From assembly GCA_030827365.1 (NCBI GenBank), contig JAUREO010000002.1, positions 10,928 through 74,927 of the forward strand: a stretch of 64,000 bases of DNA. The letters are read 5' to 3'. Positions 61,401 to 64,000 of the stretch are shown piece by piece. The notes beneath the pieces were generated by a model, which saw nothing but the letters and a program-made list of their open reading frames with translations, had not been told where the DNA came from and searched no databases. Positions within the stretch are counted from its first letter, which is position 1, and each line of letters starts with the position of its first letter. The stretch is from Poseidonia sp. Its GTDB lineage: Archaea > Thermoplasmatota > Poseidoniia > Poseidoniales > Poseidoniaceae. The position numbers and the translations under genes are program-made.

Positions 61401-64000
61401 TTTCACATCGAACAACGCTGTTTGGATCTGTTCGGTCAACCGGTCCACAAGGTGGCAGACTGCTGTCGCCACCGTTCACCAAATGGATGAACCAGTGGGT
61501 CGAGTTCGATTGGTCAAGGAACGGTGCTAATTTTGCAGCCTCTCCTGTCAAACTTGCTATGTTACCATCCCATTGTGTTGGATAGGGTTTGTAAGCTGAT
61601 ACAGTAGCATAATCAATGCCATGTGCAGCAAGACCAGGTCCGTGGAACAATGTTGCCCAATCACCAAATGTTCCATCCCCATTGTTGATGGTCTTGTCGT
61701 AATAATACACTGGGCTCTTTCCATCGACAATCATTTGCCCATAGATGTTCATTCTGTGCATGACTCTGATGGAGAATGGTTCGGAAGCATCTCCGTACAG
61801 CCATGGGAATGGGTATTCGTAGGCGAGTTCTGGGGAAACCCTTGCAACAACCTCAATGTCACCTGCTGGCAAACTTGTGTTGGTGTAATTGTACACGAGT
61901 GTGTTCCCACTTGAATCCGTCACGACATTGTGCTTCTTGGTGGTGTTTTCCCATGCAATTTCTTCGTATGCACCAGGCAATTCACCTGCTCCATTGTCGT
62001 AGGTTGAATTCCAACGAACCTGCTTCCAAACACCGTTGACTCCAAAATCTTGTACGAATGTAAGTGATGCCCAACCCGAGGCATCTGTTCGATAACCATT
62101 GTTTCCAAGTCCTGTAAAGTTGGTTGGTTGAGTAATGTTTCCAAACAAACCACCAAAAATCGAGAATGTAATTGGCGCATGGACGATTCGGTTATCATAG
62201 ATACCTCGCTCCCAATCTGCTTCGTAGTGAGCCTTGAAGTCAAGCCAAAATGGTTGTTCATCGCTTCTAAAGTAAGTCCAAGCAGAATAATCAACAGTGA
62301 GATTTGCTTCAGCACCAACATAGTATGAAATCGATTCATTTCCATTGAAGGCGAACATTTCAGTCACTACAGCGTAGACTCTGTAGGTTGAGTTATCGCC
62401 GACCGTCAAATCTTCAGGGTAGAGGAATTGCCCAACCGAGAAGTTACCTTGATTGTTGGTCAACACATCTACGGTTTCTTTAGCAACCGTTCCATTGTTT
62501 GCCCATTCAATGATGACTTGAACTGGAAGTTCAGGAGCAGCTTCTAATTGAAGAGAAATAGGATTAATCCAATCGACATGGCCAGAAAAAATCGCTGGTT
62601 GTCGAGCATCCAACCACAGCGTGCTTGGAGCATTGAGTGAGATGTATGTCGGTGCCTTGTCGTCTTCATCGAGGATACAATCGTTGTCGGTGTCCCAATC
62701 GGAAGATTGAGCAGGCGTATAACAAGGAGACGATGTTTCACCTTCTTCCAAATGGTCATAGTCTCCATCCCACAATGTATCATTGTCATCATCATTGTCG
62801 ACTGCATCGGGTCCTGTTGAGTTACCTGATGGGTTGGCGAGTGCTTCTCCATCACCAAAGTCATCGTGGTCCCATGGATTCGTTGAATTTCGAGCAAACC
62901 TCGTTGGCCACAGAATAACTTCGTCCTTGTCGTGCATTCCATCTTGATCGTCGTCGACGTCAATGTCATCTCTCAATCCATCGTTGTCGTGGTCAAACGG
63001 CGCGACTTTGCTCACAAGCAGTTCTGCAGCATTTGTAAGTCCGTCACCATCCCAGTCATCGTCTTTCCAATTTACGATGCCATCGTTATCGTTGTCCCAT
63101 GTGTGCTGCTCTTCGCCCCAGAAACATCCTGCTTGAAGTTCTTGGTCCGCATCCATGACACCATTGTTATCATCATCGGGGTCTTCACCATCTGGAATAC
63201 CATCGTTGTCGTTGTCAACGTCATAGAGTGTTATCGCTCCGAGACCTTGACGCATCAATCCACGGTCCCAAACCGCTTGGAAGAATCCATCGTCATCAGC
63301 ATCAGCGTCGTTACCATCATCGTCATTATCAACACAATTGGTTCCAGAGAAGAAGTTGCCATTGTTTTGATTTGTGTCGTCATCGTAATCGTTGTTTGAA
63401 TCGACTTCGAAATAGTCCCAAATTCCATCATTATCGTCATCAACGTCATACCAATCATAGATAGAATCGTAATCATCATCAACATCGATTGTTTTGTTGG
63501 TGAAATCACCATCCACGTCTCCATCAACATCGTTCTTTAGAAGGTCGGCACCTAATTCGTCAGGGAAATCTGCATATTCTGCGGGACCATTGTCCGAATT
63601 CCACTGCCAAATTCCAGTTAACAATCCAATCCAAGTCACGAAAGCGTCTCTGTTGTCGAGCATTTGAGTATATGATAATGCTGAGTCGATGTTTCCATCT
63701 CCACCAAAGTCGTAGTGGTAACAACCTATTCCATTGACTGGAGCGCAACTCCAATTACCTGATGGGCCACCAGCGGTTGCACCTTCGTTCCAATTTGCAT
63801 CGGGTCGGGTGGAATATGGTGAGCCGAATTGTGCGTTGACGCCGTTTAGTGGCATTTTGTAAGCGATAGCATATGCATAACCACACACGAATCCTTGTGC
63901 AAGGTTTCCTGCGGTAAATCCACAAGTTGAGAGATTGTATGTGCCTCCCATTTTGATGTCGTTCACGTCAAGAACTCCATCGTTTGATTCGTCTTGGTCC
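58414..64000 (-). CDS. Giant surface protein (partial, more than 1860 aa): Asp-rich Ca-binding repeats, Ig-like domains, TM and cytoplasmic DUF4129-like domain
   Basis: Frame open to the window edge; many DxDNDG repeats; TM followed by ETAREF...FEEARYSEH. Confidence 0.85.
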   Translation of the reverse strand, partial: DQDESNDGVLDVNDIKMGGTYNLSTCGFTAGNLAQGFVCGYAYAIAYKMPLNGVNAQFGSPYSTRPDANWNEGATAGGPSGNWSCAPVNGIGCYHYDFGGDGNIDSALSYTQMLDNRDAFVTWIGLLTGIWQWNSDNGPAEYADFPDELGADLLKNDVDGDVDGDFTNKTIDVDDDYDSIYDWYDVDDDNDGIWDYFEVDSNNDYDDDTNQNNGNFFSGTNCVDNDDDGNDADADDDGFFQAVWDRGLMRQGLGAITLYDVDNDNDGIPDGEDPDDDNNGVMDADQELQAGCFWGEEQHTWDNDNDGIVNWKDDDWDGDGLTNAAELLVSKVAPFDHDNDGLRDDIDVDDDQDGMHDKDEVILWPTRFARNSTNPWDHDDFGDGEALANPSGNSTGPDAVDNDDDNDTLWDGDYDHLEEGETSSPCYTPAQSSDWDTDNDCILDEDDKAPTYISLNAPSTLWLDARQPAIFSGHVDWINPISLQLEAAPELPVQVIIEWANNGTVAKETVDVLTNNQGNFSVGQFLYPEDLTVGDNSTYRVYAVVTEMFAFNGNESISYYVGAEANLTVDYSAWTYFRSDEQPFWLDFKAHYEADWERGIYDNRIVHAPITFSIFGGLFGNITQPTNFTGLGNNGYRTDASGWASLTFVQDFGVNGVWKQVRWNSTYDNGAGELPGAYEEIAWENTTKKHNVVTDSSGNTLVYNYTNTSLPAGDIEVVARVSPELAYEYPFPWLYGDASEPFSIRVMHRMNIYGQMIVDGKSPVYYYDKTINNGDGTFGDWATLFHGPGLAAHGIDYATVSAYKPYPTQWDGNIASLTGEAAKLAPFLDQSNSTHWFIHLVNGGDSSLPPCGPVDRTDPNSVVRCEIVPEMNTGESLQVIGSVSNRTNQPWVKDPIALQVDTDKNGQFLGAGETAYTQTPKMVNGEARYDYNWSWYSQYSAGTYGMRVDFTNSAYYFTGNSSTLAPTGAYINVTVVGTTSFLTTSLPRLYRNTNTSIQAKLVDNSLQPVRSAPINWTWSFDGRSGVNYTDDNGFFEIPFQVKANDQLGNFTLQFEYAGTSLLKGNAATQSVWVVSRTYMQVISSDPNLRRSGDKWDFTAQVTDDNKTIERDSGGSALTGSSPPNGGLVDVIFEGKDFDGVSHRQVVATLAPAAGLISLPEPQADNSHLCYYDGNGDGVPDRDTNGNNVLDPQETIGCMKANISPLNPQLLRDDPESFLPDGFGPVNVILRFQETLPNEGCRELDVSYLGIQGAWDPCTSIPGNDHFRLTMTHNANGFSLIGRTLMTVDDQIVYTSEVDPMTGEVVPKPMIVTGQLRDELGTNLTNRMIRVNYEMINSQSGPVACQSGMTDPNGYFSIFCPLSDVMAGKAKVTVVYSSYDNNDAYRYENKTVQTEFDVFSNSTLQITEVGPFKSSVDEYVAENGSRYPVLYLKESFHVEAFLAQTNGQAVGGKCLNIYLDPLENIRPIATIRTSDLDGTITWFSGDPSQNPTLRGVETTGGKLEGFRTLRVAFEPDVNVPGGCDKDSSNSLNGSAMELTVLVRSRVDLQVKTTWSNAGANGIDEGTPVFGEVALLRDRIDLAVENEEIIFAYEYFDSATNQWILSNTNNKSRTNEQGLADFTWMFTGQTCDGEECIGLWRITAYYPGSTYFAPSQDNITHEIHWREADSVSAQSNFFSPGNLLAMSIILMALLIAGLMYYQRVQERRQVQALHGILTDAIIELRASNEYIAVIFDCYKNLVKHFKKYGFMKKVYETAREFEAAVRSAFGMVPGDQMDAFLSIFEEARYSEHTIDASHRDRAVETLSTITTSLTRSLGEEGQIKRFDGIGLYEKQTKAGEFVAADGSVRFAGEQEGEGSDFSI
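62640..63560 (-). repeat. TSP3-like DxDxDG repeat tract within the giant protein (approximate bounds)
   Basis: DVDDDNDGIWD, DVDNDNDGIPD, DNDNDGIVN, DHDNDGLRD, DTDNDCILD. Confidence 0.75.

Noticed and set aside
62640-63560. DNA-level tandem repeat or CRISPR-like array
   Set aside because: The repetitive tcatc/tcgtc texture reflects Asp codons on the minus strand; there are no identical spaced repeats
269-63754. Numerous 60-170 aa alternative-frame and antisense ORFs in the track
   Set aside because: They lie inside well-supported genes and lack motifs; Ser-rich antisense ORFs are expected shadows of acidic proteins

Overview
Archaeal chromosomal segment, most likely Marine Group II / Ca. Poseidoniales (Thermoplasmatota). 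The lineage is inferred from gatE, MCM, rpl18e-rpl13-rps9-rpoN-tRNA-Pro, Trm1, Pth2 and PAC2 alongside bacterial-type genes and very large acidic, C-terminally anchored surface proteins. The window is gene-dense (about 45 CDS, 2 tRNAs), mostly on the minus strand. I found no CRISPR array, rRNA, integrase or transposase. Highlights: (1) an AddAB/AdnAB-like helicase-nuclease pair in which both subunits carry four-Cys nuclease domains and the A subunit is split by a 1-nt frameshift; (2) a translationally coupled three-gene unit of two secreted Reeler-like proteins with atypical C..CH motifs plus a His-containing membrane protein, a candidate surface redox/metal system; (3) a candidate cobalamin-capture module (beta-propeller-2TM-DUF4430-like protein plus ECF S component); (4) a highly divergent TFB paralogue; (5) a recurrent non-canonical TATA-like hexamer (YTSATN) about 29 nt before many start codons, implying leaderless transcripts; (6) tandem Pth2 genes; (7) two distant hypothetical proteins that appear to share an uncharacterised module. 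All family assignments come from motif recognition by eye; no database searches were run. Several starts were moved from the ORF track to more plausible codons.
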